Assembly: GCA_964402895.1 (NCBI GenBank)
Contig: CAYODR010000004.1
Location: 34,209-94,876 of the forward strand
Direction of reading: 5' to 3'
DNA from: an uncultured Candidatus Saccharibacteria bacterium
GTDB taxonomy: Bacteria; Patescibacteriota; Minisyncoccia; Phycocordibacterales; UBA9973
DNA: 60,668 bases
Below the pieces are notes generated by a model. That model did no database searches. It was not told the origin of the DNA and worked only from the letters and a program-made list of their open reading frames with translations. How positions within the stretch are numbered: the first letter of the stretch is position 1; the number at the start of each line of letters is the position of its first letter. The translations under genes and the position numbers were made by a program. Below are positions 27,230 to 36,706 of the stretch, piece after piece.

Positions 27230-27301
27230 CTTATTGAAATTTAAATTGTAATATTTAAATGGTGTAAATATTAAATTTAGTTCATCTTAAACATTTTAAT
27301 A

Positions 27302-27550
27302 ATGGGAAAAAATAGTTCTTTTTCGAACAATGATGGTACATCTTCTAAGATAGAAACCAACACTCTTAGCCGGGATGGTGAAAGTCGTCAAACAGACAAA
27401 TACACCTTTAATGATTCTGATAAAGGGAAGAGTGAAATGCCCAAGGTTCACGAGTTTGTTGAAACAAACTATTCTAAGGGCACAGTGAAATCAGGTGGTA
27501 GAGGAGAAAATTTTAATAAAAAAGAATCTACCGGTGGCAGCGGAAAATGA
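27302..27550 (+). CDS. small hydrophilic, low-complexity hypothetical protein
   Basis: ORF only; the composition is S/G/N/K/E-rich. Confidence 0.4.
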   Translation: MGKNSSFSNNDGTSSKIETNTLSRDGESRQTDKYTFNDSDKGKSEMPKVHEFVETNYSKGTVKSGGRGENFNKKESTGGSGK

Positions 27551-27568
27551 TTTGTGCCTCAATTAGGG

Positions 27569-27596
27569 TTGACATTAAGTATGTCAGCCCTATATT
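27569..27596 (+). promoter_or_regulatory. sigma70-type promoter close to the ATG at 27607
   Basis: TTGACA-N16-TATATT. The ATG lies 10 nt after the -10. Confidence 0.55.
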
Positions 27597-27606
27597 ATTT
27601 ATAATA

Positions 27607-27837
27607 ATGGAAGATAAACTATTAAATATTATAGGACTCGTTTTGGTAGGAGAGGTACTCATAGCAAGAGGGCTATTTTTTGATTTAGAAAAAAATTTTA
27701 ATTCTAAAAAAGAATCTGATGATGTTAAAATTCTTTTTAGCATGCTAGAAACACATTTTTTATTTGAAGAAAATAATGAGAATGGTTTGTTTAATCTAAA
27801 AAATAGATATAGAGATTATCTTTTAAATAAAATATAG
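27607..27837 (+). CDS. small hypothetical protein with one N-terminal hydrophobic helix
   Basis: ORF with the promoter immediately upstream. The start was chosen at MEDKLLNIIG. Confidence 0.45.
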   Translation: MEDKLLNIIGLVLVGEVLIARGLFFDLEKNFNSKKESDDVKILFSMLETHFLFEENNENGLFNLKNRYRDYLLNKI

Positions 27838-27969
27838 ATTATATAAAATAAGGTTTCTAAAATTAAGGAGATTATTCGCCAATCTTTCCCATTGACAAAC
27901 CCTTCAAAATAAGAGATAATAAGCTCGGATAAATTCACAAATTTTCTCACACTTTAAAAACATATAATA

Positions 27970-28875
27970 ATGAAAAAGATACTTTTCATATTCCTCTTTT
28001 TCACACTAAGTTGTGAGAAAGAGCCAGTGGTCCCTATTGAACCACCTAAAGTAAATCCGCCGACTATCACCTTTGAGGGGCATCTGTCTCCTGAGAATAA
28101 TTCTTTGGACATAGAGTATGGACAGGGTAGAAATTTCAGCGCTAAGACTGAGCCATCTGCAAAAATAACTTATGCAGATTATACCGGTATAGTTTCTGAT
28201 GTAGTCAGGATTAGCCTAAAAGAAATGACTAAGGATACTACTTTTCTTTTTACTGCGACCAGTAGTCAAGGTTTGGTTACTACGAAGTCTTTGACCTTCA
28301 AGGTTCCCGCTCCTGATCCATTTTTTTCTAAACTCATTGGGGTCTGGAAAGAGACCGGAAAAAGGGTGGGATTTGATTATCCTGGAGGAGACAGAAGTAA
28401 GCCCATGGAATGGAAAGTTAGCTTTGTTGATACTACATCTTGCGCTGTTTCCAGGAGAGATGTATATACCTTAGACAAAAGGTATTTGCAACTCATGAGC
28501 AAAAATATCTGTGGTGAGTTTCCAAAAAGTGGAGGCTCACCCTGGTTTACCATTAAACCCGAAAGGAAAGACGGTATTGATATGTATCACTTCCGCAGTA
28601 TTGCATCAGATGGTTATGAAAAAAATGGTACATTTGAGTATCTGTATTTCAAAGGAGATACTCTTGTCTACTATCAAGAGATAAGACTCGATCCTTCTGA
28701 GACCATTTTTCGATCATTTAAAGTTTATCGAGTTCTTGAAACTAAGGACTATAAGTCCTATGTGCACAAGAATGGAGACTCACATCTTTTGGCAACTTCT
28801 AAAAATTCATCTGATATAAATATATCAATGGGATTAGGACCCATAAGATTTACATCAGGAGTAGGTTTTAGGTAA
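27970..28875 (+). CDS. lipoprotein, unknown function
   Basis: Signal peptide ending in the lipobox FTLSC. A hairpin terminator lies at about 28889-28926. Confidence 0.7.
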   Translation: MKKILFIFLFFTLSCEKEPVVPIEPPKVNPPTITFEGHLSPENNSLDIEYGQGRNFSAKTEPSAKITYADYTGIVSDVVRISLKEMTKDTTFLFTATSSQGLVTTKSLTFKVPAPDPFFSKLIGVWKETGKRVGFDYPGGDRSKPMEWKVSFVDTTSCAVSRRDVYTLDKRYLQLMSKNICGEFPKSGGSPWFTIKPERKDGIDMYHFRSIASDGYEKNGTFEYLYFKGDTLVYYQEIRLDPSETIFRSFKVYRVLETKDYKSYVHKNGDSHLLATSKNSSDINISMGLGPIRFTSGVGFR

Positions 28876-28973
28876 ATTTCATAAACAATGTCCTGGGGTG
28901 TTATCATACACCTCGGGACTTTTTGGTTGTCCACATTTAAACTTGCAGGCTAGGAGTGTTATAATATAAATGT

Positions 28974-29663
28974 ATGAGGAATAAGATAATTTTGACACTT
29001 AGTTTATTAATAGCTTTTAATTTTATTAGTACAGAAAAGGTCGGGGCTACTACTGTTTCTTTTTATACTGATACAGGACATGTATATCTAACTGCTGGAT
29101 TAACAGGTACTGTCCCGCCCGGTGGAATTAGGCCATCTTATAGTCCTGGGGAACCAATTTACGCCGATGTGGTTTTGGATTTAGGTTTTGCTTATCCAAC
29201 GGCGATTGATTTTGCTGGAGGCGCTAATGGAGGGTATGCTAATTTTGATTTACAGCCAGGTATTGTTCGAACACTACAAATTGGAAATGCTCAATCTACC
29301 TCTGGAACATATAATGCTGGCTTTTCATATCAGTATAATCAGCAAAATATTTATGTAACTATTGGTGCTAAAGAAAGTATGATATTAGGATTCCCCAATA
29401 AACACCATTGTTCAATTACTGTAGAAACATCAGAAAGAATTTGGACACCTTTATATATAAATGCTGATATAGTTTCTGACAGTGGAAATTCTTTCGGTAA
29501 TGTTTCTATTGAATTTCCGGCAGGTGAAAATTATATGGAGTATTGGACAGGTGAGGTTGGTAGTCATTATATGGAATGCCCAGAAGTAGCTATGTCATAT
29601 ACTGTTTATCCAACTAGTCATTCACCGATAATTTGGGATAATAAAAATATTATTATTTATTGA
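28974..29663 (+). CDS. secreted protein, unknown function
   Basis: N-terminal signal peptide (LSLLIAFNFISTEKVGA); a terminator follows at about 29676-29704. Confidence 0.65.
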   Translation: MRNKIILTLSLLIAFNFISTEKVGATTVSFYTDTGHVYLTAGLTGTVPPGGIRPSYSPGEPIYADVVLDLGFAYPTAIDFAGGANGGYANFDLQPGIVRTLQIGNAQSTSGTYNAGFSYQYNQQNIYVTIGAKESMILGFPNKHHCSITVETSERIWTPLYINADIVSDSGNSFGNVSIEFPAGENYMEYWTGEVGSHYMECPEVAMSYTVYPTSHSPIIWDNKNIIIY

Positions 29664-29702
29664 TAATAACCTTACAAAAAGACGTCCTTAATTGGGCGTC
29701 TT

Positions 29703-29801
29703 TTAATATCTCTTAATTCTAGATATTATACTGCTTATAATACCCAGAGCAACTAGAAAAATGATGATTGCTAGTGCAAAATAATCTGAAATATTTTCCA
29801 T
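29703..29801 (-). CDS. possible 32-aa single-TM micro-protein
   Basis: Hand translation gives MENISDYFALAIIIFLVALGIISSIISRIKRY. It ends at the bidirectional hairpin. There is no other support. Confidence 0.3.
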   Translation of the reverse strand: MENISDYFALAIIIFLVALGIISSIISRIKRY

Positions 29802-29916
29802 ATTCTAATTTATTTTTTTTGTGTACAATATTTGTTATTTAGACAACACTATCTCATGATATGCTCTTTAAGTCAAAAGCTTGAAGTTTTTCTTAAAAAA
29901 GGTTTTAATTCTGTTT

Positions 29917-31179
29917 ATGAATATCATACAAAAAAAGCTTAAAAATGGTCTTAAGATTATTTTAGTACCTCAAAGAGAGGCGGTGACCACTACGGTCTTG
30001 GCTTTGATAGGGGTTGGTTCTAATAATGAAAGCAGACATCAAAATGGGCTTTCTCACTTTTTAGAGCATATGTCTTTTAAACAGACTAAGCTACACGAAA
30101 ACGCCAAAAGTTTGAATGAAGCTTTTGAAAGTATTGGAGCTATTACAAATGCTTTTACTGGAGAAGAATACACGGGGTATTATGCTAAAAGTCATCCTAG
30201 ACATACCAAAAAGATTTTAGAATTAGTTGCAGACATTGTGATAGATACCAAGCTTCCTGCTTCAGAGATTGAAAAAGAGAAGGGAGTAGTGATTGAAGAA
30301 ATCAATATGTATGAAGATATGCCTCAGTATAAGGTTACAGAAATTTTGGGAGAGATTTTGTACGGAGATACTGCTGCTGGTCGTGGGATTGCGGGAACAA
30401 AAGATTCTGTTTTAAAACTTACACATAAAGATTTATTGAATTTTCACAAAAAATTTTATGTTGCTCAAAACACAATTTTAACTATTGTTGGGAATTTTGA
30501 TGAGAAAGATATTTTAAATGATATTGATAAAACTTTTGGTAGACAAGAGAGGGGGCAAAAATTTGAACATGTAAAAATTCGGCCAAAATTAAAAAATGAA
30601 AAATCTAAAGTCTTGAAAAAAGAAATAGATCAAGCACATATCGCTTTGGCATTTCCTGCATTTGAAAGATCACACAAAGATTCTGCTACGATCTCTATGC
30701 TCGGTACTATTTTAGGCGGGGGTATGAGTTCTAGGCTTTTTCAGGTATTAAGAGAAGAGCTTGGAGTTGCGTATTATGTCAGATCTGGAGTAAGCAAGCA
30801 TTCTACTTATAGTGAATTTGTAATTCGTGCAGGAATTGATAAAAAAAGAATAGACGAAGTATTGTTGGCGATACGCACAATACTTGATGATCTTAAAACG
30901 AATCTAGTATCAGATGAAGAATTAAATAAGGTAAAAGAGTTTTCTATCGGCATGCTTGGTATGTCTATAGAAACTACAGACACTATTGCCAGTCTTTATG
31001 CTACATCTTTATTTGAGACGGGAAAGATTGTCACACAAGATGATATGGTTAAGAAGATTTTGAAGGTAAAAAGTCAAGATATTTTGAGAGTTGCAAAAGA
31101 GATTTTGGATTATAAAAAACTTAAAATTGCATTAGTTGGTCCGGGTGCGACAGAGGGTGATTTAATAAAGAATTTTTAA
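29917..31179 (+). CDS. M16-family (pitrilysin-like) zinc peptidase
   Basis: Inverted zinc motif HFLEHM (HxxEH). The start was set to the first ATG. Confidence 0.85.
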   Translation: MNIIQKKLKNGLKIILVPQREAVTTTVLALIGVGSNNESRHQNGLSHFLEHMSFKQTKLHENAKSLNEAFESIGAITNAFTGEEYTGYYAKSHPRHTKKILELVADIVIDTKLPASEIEKEKGVVIEEINMYEDMPQYKVTEILGEILYGDTAAGRGIAGTKDSVLKLTHKDLLNFHKKFYVAQNTILTIVGNFDEKDILNDIDKTFGRQERGQKFEHVKIRPKLKNEKSKVLKKEIDQAHIALAFPAFERSHKDSATISMLGTILGGGMSSRLFQVLREELGVAYYVRSGVSKHSTYSEFVIRAGIDKKRIDEVLLAIRTILDDLKTNLVSDEELNKVKEFSIGMLGMSIETTDTIASLYATSLFETGKIVTQDDMVKKILKVKSQDILRVAKEILDYKKLKIALVGPGATEGDLIKNF

Positions 31180-31204
31180 AAAAATATAATATAAAACCGT
31201 GCAA

Positions 31205-31301
31205 GGACTTTCTTTATTTTAGACTTGCGCAGCGCGACTGGCGCGAGTATAGCGATTCAACACCCTGAAAAATACGCGTGCCCCCAGAAGGACATATTTG
31301 G
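31205..31301. repeat. modular palindromic intergenic repeat, locus 3
   Basis: TTATTTTAGACTTGCGCAGCGCGACTGGCGCGAG (31214-31247) matches 12461-12493. CGTGCCCCCAGAAGGACATATTTG (31277-31300) is the reverse complement of the 7499/12321 module with one mismatch. Confidence 0.85.
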
Positions 31302-31411
31302 ATTAGAGTTTCGAGGCAAGTCTATAAAAATATAGATATTATTAAATCAATAGATAGCATTTTAAGTTATTCTGTATAGCTCCAATAAAGATATAATGTT
31401 ATGATGCATAT

Positions 31412-32464
31412 ATGAAAGAAATATCAAATATTCGTATTAGCACCGATACTTTGATAAGGGTCGCCCTGGTTGTGTTTGGGGTATGGCTTTTGTATTTTCT
31501 TAGAGATACTTTGCTTTTAGTACTGGTGTCTATTGTGCTTGCTTCTTTTGTGGAGGCAGGGGTAAGAGCTTTTGCTAAATATAAAATAGGGCGTACTATG
31601 TCTGTACCAATAATCTTTGCCTTCGTTATATCTTTGATGATTATTATTTTCTATATGTTCTTACCGATAATTTTTAGAGAGCTTTCAGGTATGGTCGGTC
31701 TTATTATTGGATATATACCAGATACTCCACAGACTATAGATAGTGCTACAAACATGATATCTGATTTAACAGAAGATTCTTCTATCAATGATATCTTGGT
31801 AGCCGTGAAAGATATTAGTAGCGCATTTTCACAGGGTGCAACTTCTGTAATTGGTGCTACCTTTGGAGGACTTTTGAATTTTGTGCTTGTGATCGTGATG
31901 TCTTTTTATCTTTCTATTCAAGAAAAGGGGATTGATAATTTTCTAAAAATTCTTACCCCTAAAAAACACGAAGCTTATGTAATCGGGCTTTGGAATCGTA
32001 CACAGATTAAGATTGGTATTTGGTTTAAAGGACAACTTCTTTTGGGTCTGATTATTGGGGCGGTCACAATCGTGACACTAGCTTTGCTTGGAGTGCAGTA
32101 TGCTTTCATTATCGGTATTATCACTGCTATTGCTGAGCTTGTGCCTTTCGGAATGATTTTTGCAGCTATACCAGCTATACTTTTTGCAGTTATTGATGGC
32201 GGGATTGTACTCGGAATCAAAGTTCTGATATTCTTTGTTGTAATTCAGCAGTTGGAGAATTATGTTCTTGCTCCGTTGGTCGCCAAAAAAACTGTGGGGA
32301 TCCCGCCTTTAGTAGTATTACTCGCTTTGATTGCAGGTATTTCGCTGGCGGGGTTCTGGGGAGCGATTATCGCAGTACCTGTAGCTGTATTTGTGCTTGA
32401 ATATATGGGCGATATAGAAAAACAAAAATTAGTGCCAATTGTAAATAGTTCAGAATTAAAATAA
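31412..32464 (+). CDS. AI-2E family (PerM/UPF0118) transporter
   Basis: A multi-TM protein with the family-typical length and a C-terminal GIPPLVVLLALIAG..L.G..G. Confidence 0.75.
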   Translation: MKEISNIRISTDTLIRVALVVFGVWLLYFLRDTLLLVLVSIVLASFVEAGVRAFAKYKIGRTMSVPIIFAFVISLMIIIFYMFLPIIFRELSGMVGLIIGYIPDTPQTIDSATNMISDLTEDSSINDILVAVKDISSAFSQGATSVIGATFGGLLNFVLVIVMSFYLSIQEKGIDNFLKILTPKKHEAYVIGLWNRTQIKIGIWFKGQLLLGLIIGAVTIVTLALLGVQYAFIIGIITAIAELVPFGMIFAAIPAILFAVIDGGIVLGIKVLIFFVVIQQLENYVLAPLVAKKTVGIPPLVVLLALIAGISLAGFWGAIIAVPVAVFVLEYMGDIEKQKLVPIVNSSELK

Positions 32465-33927
32465 TGAAAAAACCTTTTTATATTACAACTACACTTCCTT
32501 ATGTAAATGCACCACTTCACATGGGGCATGCACTTGAATTTGTACGCGCAGACACTATTGCCCGATATAAAAAACTTCAGGGTTATGATGTATTTTTTAA
32601 TACAGGAACAGATGAACATGGTCAGAAGATTTTTGAAAAAGCAAAAGAAGAAGGTTTGGATCCACAAGAATTTGTAGATAAAGGATTTGAAGTCTTTAAA
32701 AAGCAAGTAGAATCGTTTGGGGTGGGAGAGGCACACTTTATTCGTACTACCAATGAATATCATATACAAGCTGCTGGGGAGTTTTGGAATAGAGTAAGAG
32801 ATAATGGTTATATTTATAAGAAAGCTTATAAAGCAAAGTATTGTATAGGCTGTGAAGACTACAAGACAGATTCTGAACTTGTAGACGGGAAGTGTCCACT
32901 TCATACAAATATGGAAATATCTATTATAGAGGAAGAGAATTATTTTTTTAAGTTCTCGGCTTTTCAAGAACCACTTTTAGCCTTTTATGAAAATCATCCA
33001 GATTTTGTGACACCGGATTTTAGATTTAATGAAGTAAAGAATTTTGTCAAAAATGGATTAGAAGATTTTTCTATTTCTCGTTTAAAAGAAAAAATGCCTT
33101 GGGGTGTACCCGTGCCCGATGATGATACGCAAGTAATGTATGTGTGGTTTGATGCGCTTACAAACTATGTTTCAACACTTGGTTGGCCCAATAATGATGA
33201 GACTTTTGAAAAATATTGGATGAGAGGGGACCCAGTTCAGTATTGTGGAAAAGACAATACGCGTTTTCAGGCGGTGACATGGCAAGCAATGCTTATGGCA
33301 GCAGGGCTTTCAAACTCTAGAAATATCATAGTGAATGGATTTATTACAGGAGATGGTGGTGTGCGCATGTCAAAGTCATTGGGTAATGTGGTAAACCCTC
33401 AAGATATAGTAGAGAAGTATGGTACAGATGCACTTAGGTTTTTCTTGCTTCGTGAAATAAATTCTTTTGAAGATAGCCCATTTACAATAGATAGATTTAA
33501 AGAAAGTTATAAATCTAATTTAGTAAATGGTATCGGTAACCTAGTATCTCGTATTATGAAAATGGTAGAGAACTATGAAGTAGAATACAGTCTTTTAAAA
33601 GAAGATGATTTGCTTGAATTTGATGATGCAGTACCCGAAGGATTCAAAGATAAAATAGAAAGATATGATTTGAAATCTGCAATGGATGATATCTGGCGAG
33701 AAATAGCCGGGCTTGATTGGCTTATTCAACAAAAAGAACCATTTAAGGTTGCAAAAGTTGATATTGATAAAGCTCGTGAAATAGTAGCAGAGCTTGCCAG
33801 CCGTCTTTATATTGTTGGATTTTTATTACAGCCATTTATGCCAGAGACAGCAAAGAAAATAATGTACTTGGTACAAAACCATGAAATGCCGGAAACTCCA
33901 CTTTTTGCCAGAGTAGATGAATCATAA
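32464..33927 (+). CDS. metG: methionine--tRNA ligase (short form)
   Basis: YITTTLPYVNAPLHMGHALE (HIGH) and RMSKSLGN (KMSKS). Confidence 0.95.
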   Translation: MKKPFYITTTLPYVNAPLHMGHALEFVRADTIARYKKLQGYDVFFNTGTDEHGQKIFEKAKEEGLDPQEFVDKGFEVFKKQVESFGVGEAHFIRTTNEYHIQAAGEFWNRVRDNGYIYKKAYKAKYCIGCEDYKTDSELVDGKCPLHTNMEISIIEEENYFFKFSAFQEPLLAFYENHPDFVTPDFRFNEVKNFVKNGLEDFSISRLKEKMPWGVPVPDDDTQVMYVWFDALTNYVSTLGWPNNDETFEKYWMRGDPVQYCGKDNTRFQAVTWQAMLMAAGLSNSRNIIVNGFITGDGGVRMSKSLGNVVNPQDIVEKYGTDALRFFLLREINSFEDSPFTIDRFKESYKSNLVNGIGNLVSRIMKMVENYEVEYSLLKEDDLLEFDDAVPEGFKDKIERYDLKSAMDDIWREIAGLDWLIQQKEPFKVAKVDIDKAREIVAELASRLYIVGFLLQPFMPETAKKIMYLVQNHEMPETPLFARVDES

Positions 33928-34717
33928 TATGCATACCATAGATACACATTCACATTTAAATCTTGAACCACTTTCATTAAATACAAAAGAGATAATTGAG
34001 CGAATGAATTCTGTGGGCGTTGGTACTATATGTGTAGGTATCAATGCAGAGACTAGCCTAGTAGCTGTACAGCTCTCAAAAGAGAACCCAAATATTTGGG
34101 CATGTGTGGGACATCATCCAATAGAATGGCAAAAAGATTTTGAATTAGAAAAAATAAAATCTCTTGCTATGGAAAACCGCGCTGTTGGGGTAGGTGAGTG
34201 TGGACTGGATTATTTTAGAGAAAAAGAACAGTCATCTGATGCAAAAGAAATACAAGAAAATATTTTTCGTCAGCAAATAGAGCTTGCAATAGAGTTAGAC
34301 CTTCCATTGATGCTCCATATCAGACCAAGTATTGGTTCTATGAATGCGTATGAAGATACACTAGATATACTTCATGAGTATAAAAATAGATGGAGTACTA
34401 TGCGTGGTACAGCACACTTTTTTGCTGGGACTTTGCAGATAGCGAAAAGATTTTGTGATTTAGGTTTTCATATTTCTTTTTCTGGCGTGATAACATTTGC
34501 CAAAGAATATGAAAAAATAGTACAAGATATTCCGATTGAAAGAATTCTATCCGAGACAGATGCACCCTTTGCTGCGCCCGTACCGTATAGAGGCAAGACC
34601 AATGAACCAGCATATGTAGTAGAAATCGTAAAAAAGATAGCTGAAATCAAAAATATAGATATTGAAATAGCACGAGATACTTTATTTAAAAATGCTAAAG
34701 ATTTGTTCAAGATTTAA
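33917..34717 (+). CDS. tatD: TatD-family metal-dependent hydrolase
   Basis: IDTHSHLN, GECGLDY, H.R, and ETDAPF. The real start may be the ATG at 33929. Confidence 0.85.
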   Translation: MNHNMHTIDTHSHLNLEPLSLNTKEIIERMNSVGVGTICVGINAETSLVAVQLSKENPNIWACVGHHPIEWQKDFELEKIKSLAMENRAVGVGECGLDYFREKEQSSDAKEIQENIFRQQIELAIELDLPLMLHIRPSIGSMNAYEDTLDILHEYKNRWSTMRGTAHFFAGTLQIAKRFCDLGFHISFSGVITFAKEYEKIVQDIPIERILSETDAPFAAPVPYRGKTNEPAYVVEIVKKIAEIKNIDIEIARDTLFKNAKDLFKI

Positions 34718-34772
34718 TTCATTGTGATATAATCAAAATAGTTGCGCACTTTAATAGCTTAACTTTAGTTAT

Positions 34773-35291
34773 ATGAAAGTGTTAAATAATATTGCTTTTA
34801 TTGATGGGCAAAATTTGTACTTAGGATCTACTAAAAATGGCTGGAGTATAGATTTATTAAAATTTAGAATTTATTTAAAAGATAAATACAATATTTCCGA
34901 GGCCTATTACTTTTTAGGTTTTATTAATCCTGAATATTATGAATTGTATTCAGAAATACAAAAATCAGGTTTTATAATTCAATTCAGAGAGCACAATACT
35001 AATATGGTTGGAGTAAAGAAGGGGAATGTAGATACTGATATTGTTTTTTCCATAATGAAATCATTAATAGATGAATATAGTATGGATGGTGTTGTTTTAG
35101 TTTCCGGTGATGGTGATTATAAAAAAGTTGTGGATTATCTTATTTTGAAAGGAAAACTTAAAAAAGTTTTATTTCCATCAAAAAAATATTCATCTTTATA
35201 TAAAAAAATAACAGTTAAATATTTCGATACTCTTTATTCAGATTTTGTTAGACAAAAAATAGAAAAAAGAAAAAGCGAACTTAGGGACTAG
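34773..35291 (+). CDS. NYN (LabA-like) domain protein, copy 1
   Basis: IAFIDGQNLYLG...YFLGFI...KKGNVDTDIV...VLVSGDGDY. It is a paralog of the three NYN genes at 52.9-54.9 kb. Confidence 0.8.
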   Translation: MKVLNNIAFIDGQNLYLGSTKNGWSIDLLKFRIYLKDKYNISEAYYFLGFINPEYYELYSEIQKSGFIIQFREHNTNMVGVKKGNVDTDIVFSIMKSLIDEYSMDGVVLVSGDGDYKKVVDYLILKGKLKKVLFPSKKYSSLYKKITVKYFDTLYSDFVRQKIEKRKSELRD

Positions 35292-35384
35292 CCCGTTCGC
35301 TTGCTTTTTCGTGGTAATATATAGATTATACTATAATATTACTAAAATAAGCAAGTTTTATTTGTCAAAAATGGGGAAATGGGG

Positions 35385-35481
35385 TAGTATAAGCCCTGTA
35401 GCCCCCGTTTCCCATTTTGATTTTAAAAATGGGACAATTGGTCCGAAGCGGGCTCATTTATTTATAAAAAAATAATAAAAT
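35385..35481 (+). promoter_or_regulatory. structured 5' leader of the rpsF-ssb-rpsR operon (possible S6:S18 autoregulatory leader)
   Basis: CCCGTTTCCCATTTT pairs with AAAATGGGA...CGGG. A candidate promoter TTGTCA-N17-TAGTAT lies just upstream. Confidence 0.35.
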
Positions 35482-35955
35482 ATGTCAGAAGAAAATCGTA
35501 CATATGAATTTTCATATCTCGTAACTCCAACTACTTCTGAAGCTGAAATAGGCGATGTAGTTCAATCTTTTAAAGATGAGCTTACAAATGCTGGGGCAGA
35601 GGTTATCTCAGAGCAAGCACCAGAATTTATTGACCTAGCTTATACAATCGAAAAGAATGTATCTTCAAAGAAGATGAAGTGGAGTCAAGGATACTTTGGT
35701 TGGATTAAATTTAACGCAAATCCTGAGCTTATGGAAGTTCTCAAGAAAGCATTTGATGCAAATCTTTCAATCATGCGTTATATCCTTATCAAAACTAATG
35801 CTGAAAATACTACTCTTTTCAAAAAGCCAAAGAATGAAGCTCGTCGCCCTGATGCTGCGACTGATGAGGCTATCTTTGAAAACTTAGAAGAAGATGATTC
35901 TGTAGAAGCATTAGAAATACATGAAAAGCTTCCAAATTTGGAAACAGAAATGTAA
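35482..35955 (+). CDS. rpsF: 30S ribosomal protein S6 (with acidic C-terminal tail)
   Basis: YEFSYLV...I......W.........G..L.Y.I pattern and its position before ssb-rpsR. Confidence 0.9.
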   Translation: MSEENRTYEFSYLVTPTTSEAEIGDVVQSFKDELTNAGAEVISEQAPEFIDLAYTIEKNVSSKKMKWSQGYFGWIKFNANPELMEVLKKAFDANLSIMRYILIKTNAENTTLFKKPKNEARRPDAATDEAIFENLEEDDSVEALEIHEKLPNLETEM

Positions 35956-36002
35956 AATAAAAGAGGTTGCGTAGATTATTAATAACCTTAATATAAAAAG
36001 TT

Positions 36003-36458
36003 ATGTATCTTAATAAAGTCTTTCTTATCGGTAATCTAACTCGTGATCCTGAGCTCAAATCTCTCCCAAGTGGGATTAAGGTAGTAAGCGTTGCGCTTGC
36101 TACAAATCGCACATGGAAAGATCAAAATGGCGTTAAGCAGGAGAATGTGGAATATCACAATATAGTATCTTTTGGTAGAACTGCAGAAGTTATTGCTCAG
36201 TATTGTAAAAAGGGTAGTTCTATTTATGTAGAAGGTCGTCTTCAAACTCGTTCTTGGGAAAAGGATGGACAAAAACAATATCGTACAGAAATTGTACTTG
36301 AGAATTTCCAATTTGGTCCAAAAGGATCGGCGACAGGAGATGGATATAAACCTTCAAATACATCAGATGCTGAAGCAGCTCAGAAGGATGCTCCAGCTGA
36401 TCTAGATAACATAGATTATCCAGAAGAAGAAATAAATTTAGAAGATATTCCTTTTTAA
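36003..36458 (+). CDS. ssb: single-stranded DNA-binding protein
   Basis: MYLNKVFLIGNLTRDPE OB fold and an acidic tail ending in DIPF. Confidence 0.95.
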   Translation: MYLNKVFLIGNLTRDPELKSLPSGIKVVSVALATNRTWKDQNGVKQENVEYHNIVSFGRTAEVIAQYCKKGSSIYVEGRLQTRSWEKDGQKQYRTEIVLENFQFGPKGSATGDGYKPSNTSDAEAAQKDAPADLDNIDYPEEEINLEDIPF

Positions 36459-36464
36459 TCAATT

Positions 36465-36668
36465 ATGACAAAAAACGATTACTTTAATTCAAATAATATT
36501 CGTTTTATTGATTATAAAGATGTTGATAGTTTGAAAAAGTTCCTAAACCCTAATGGTCGCATTCTTTCAAGAAAGCGCACGGGACTTACCGCAAAAAATC
36601 AAAGATCTTTAGCTGAAGCAGTAAAACGCGCAAGATTTATGGCTCTATTGCCATTCGTTGCGAATTAA
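36465..36668 (+). CDS. rpsR: 30S ribosomal protein S18
   Basis: [13 protein letters not shown]...GRIL.RK.TGL.AK.QR.L..A.KRAR..ALLPF. Confidence 0.9.
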   Translation: MTKNDYFNSNNIRFIDYKDVDSLKKFLNPNGRILSRKRTGLTAKNQRSLAEAVKRARFMALLPFVAN

Positions 36669-36671
36669 ATT

Positions 36672-36705
36672 AAAAAAGCGAAGCCCGACGGGCTTCGCTT
36701 TTTTA
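36672..36705. terminator. bidirectional intrinsic terminator (rpsR / efp)
   Basis: AAAAAAGCGAAGCCC-gac-GGGCTTCGCTTTTTT. Confidence 0.85.
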
Positions 36706-36706
36706 A

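Noticed and set aside
27302-29663. Alternative genetic code (UGA reassignment, as in some CPR lineages)
   Set aside because: TGA terminates several otherwise well-delimited ORFs (ends at 27229, 27550 and 29663). No conserved gene in the window is interrupted by an in-frame TGA, so standard code 11 fits.
32260-32967. 235-aa minus-strand ORF spanning the perM/metG junction
   Set aside because: It is antisense to two well-supported genes (AI-2E transporter and MetRS), with an unnatural Cys/Phe/Ile-rich composition. It is a typical shadow ORF in AT-rich DNA. The same reasoning was applied to the other antisense or alternate-frame track ORFs, for example 17389-17715, 21354-21869, 22694-22999, 36036-36311 and 19415-19720.
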